DNA of 63,109 nucleotides, the filler included, from Octopus bimaculoides (Eukaryota): the NCBI RefSeq assembly GCF_001194135.2. It is 6 parts of 6 records of this genome, joined end to end, with 100 filler letters (N's around TTAATTAATTAA, not from the genome) between each part and the next. Parts side by side here need not be neighbours in the genome. Positions count along the whole stretch, not along the records: positions 58,707 to 63,109 come from NC_068990.1; 5 more parts are not named here. The stretch is one strand, 5' to 3'. Of the stretch, positions 61,486-63,109 are shown in pieces. The position numbers and the translations under genes were made by a program. Position 1 is the first letter of the stretch, and every line of letters starts with the position of its first letter. Under the pieces are notes generated by a model, which had not been told where the DNA came from, ran no database searches, and was given only the letters and a program-made list of their open reading frames with translations.

Positions 61486-62978
61486 NNNNNNNNNNNNNNN
61501 NNNNNNNNNNNNNNNNNNNNNNNNNNNNNNNNNNNNNNNNNNNNNNNNNNNNNNNNNNNNNNNNNNNNNNNNNNNNNNNNNNNNNNNNNNNNNNNNNNNN
61601 NNNNNNNNNNNNNNNNNNNNNNNNNNNNNNNNNNNNNNNNNNNNNNNNNNNNNNNNNNNNNNNNNNNNNNNNNNNNNNNNNNNNNNNNNNNNNNNNNNNN
61701 NNNNNNNNNNNNNNNNNNNNNNNNNNNNNNNNNNNNNNNNNNNNNNNNNNNNNNNNNNNNNNNNNNNNNNNNNNNNNNNNNNNNNNNNNNNNNNNNNNNN
61801 NNNNNNNNNNNNNNNNNNNNNNNNNNNNNNNNNNNNNNNNNNNNNNNNNNNNNNNNNNNNNNNNNNNNNNNNNNNNNNNNNNNNNNNNNNNNNNNNNNNN
61901 NNNNNNNNNNNNNNNNNNNNNNNNNNNNNNNNNNNNNNNNNNNNNNNNNNNNNNNNNNNNNNNNNNNNNNNNNNNNNNNNNNNNNNNNNNNNNNNNNNNN
62001 NNNNNNNNNNNNNNNNNNNNNNNNNNNNNNNNNNNNNNNNNNNNNNNNNNNNNNNNNNNNNNNNNNNNNNNNNNNNNNNNNNNNNNNNNNNNNNNNNNNN
62101 NNNNNNNNNNNNNNNNNNNNNNNNNNNNNNNNNNNNNNNNNNNNNNNNNNNNNNNNNNNNNNNNNNNNNNNNNNNNNNNNNNNNNNNNNNNNNNNNNNNN
62201 NNNNNNNNNNNNNNNNNNNNNNNNNNNNNNNNNNNNNNNNNNNNNNNNNNNNNNNNNNNNNNNNNNNNNNNNNNNNNNNNNNNNNNNNNNNNNNNNNNNN
62301 NNNNNNNNNNNNNNNNNNNNNNNNNNNNNNNNNNNNNNNNNNNNNNNNNNNNNNNNNNNNNNNNNNNNNNNNNNNNNNNNNNNNNNNNNNNNNNNNNNNN
62401 NNNNNNNNNNNNNNNNNNNNNNNNNNNNNNNNNNNNNNNNNNNNNNNNTATATATATATATATATATTATACTGTATACTTTACGTCAACGGAAAGCGTT
62501 GTGTTTGTTAGATCAGCGGTCGTAGTCGTGACAGTGATGGTGGCGCATATTGTATTGGCGGCGGTGATGGGGATGGTCCTGGCGATGATACTATCAATAT
62601 TTATTCCACTAGTCCAGTATATTGTATATGCATATAGATATGTTATCGACCTCGGATGATTGAAAAGTCAGTGTAAAAACCCGTAGTATTTTGAACTCGC
62701 AACAAACAAGTATAAAACTAAGATTTTGCAGTATTGTTTTGTTTCGGAGTTGACTGCTTAACCGACTTTATCACAAACCTTCCCCATCACTGTCACTGTT
62801 GGATCTAGCATTCCTTCTCTCTCTCTTTCTCTCTCACTCTTTCACCTTGTCTTTCCTTTCTTCTCCCCCGCCATCTTTACAAGTCTATGCCTCTCGATCT
62901 CTCTTTCTTCCTCTTTCGTACGCGATCATGCTCTCTTTCATTCTTTCTTTTTATTCATCAGTTTCTCCCTTATGGGAG

Positions 62979-63054
<76 letters not shown>

Positions 63055-63109
63055 GTTCCCCGTTTTTTACATCGACTGTGATACACGATCCCTATTGATC
63101 GCCCCCTCC

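Overview
AT-rich, microsatellite-dense eukaryotic (animal) genomic DNA with about 10.3 kb (~16%) of N gaps. The repeat families (tRNA-headed SINEs with CORE-, V- and Nin/Deu-like cores, R4/Dong-, RTE-, Tx1- and L2/CR1-like LINE relics, hAT/piggyBac/mariner/pogo MITEs) look like those of a coleoid cephalopod, most likely Octopus. This is my recollection and inference, not a database result. No intact protein-coding gene can be recognised, and almost every ORF in the supplied track is a microsatellite or N-gap artefact. There are several exon-like islands with good splice signals on both strands and a GC/CpG-rich candidate first exon at ~40.0 kb, but I cannot name a product for any of them. The most striking signal is a set of hammerhead-ribozyme (HHR) folds of different sequence families, all type I with a palindromic stem III as in Penelope-like elements and retrozymes. 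They are a canonical HHR at 50440-50484 (-) inside a ~160-bp-arm foldback, a G3:C8 covariant-core HHR at 41340-41392 (+), a minimal HHR at 56636-56671 (-), and a decayed copy at 10084-10112 (-). Other notable items are R4/Dong-like fragments bounded by (TAA)n, a frame-preserving 45-bp (15-aa) repeat at 47.85-48.14 kb, a duplicated exon-like unit with synonymous-type substitutions, modular SINE shuffling, and five artificial 44N-TTAATTAATTAA-44N scaffold linkers.
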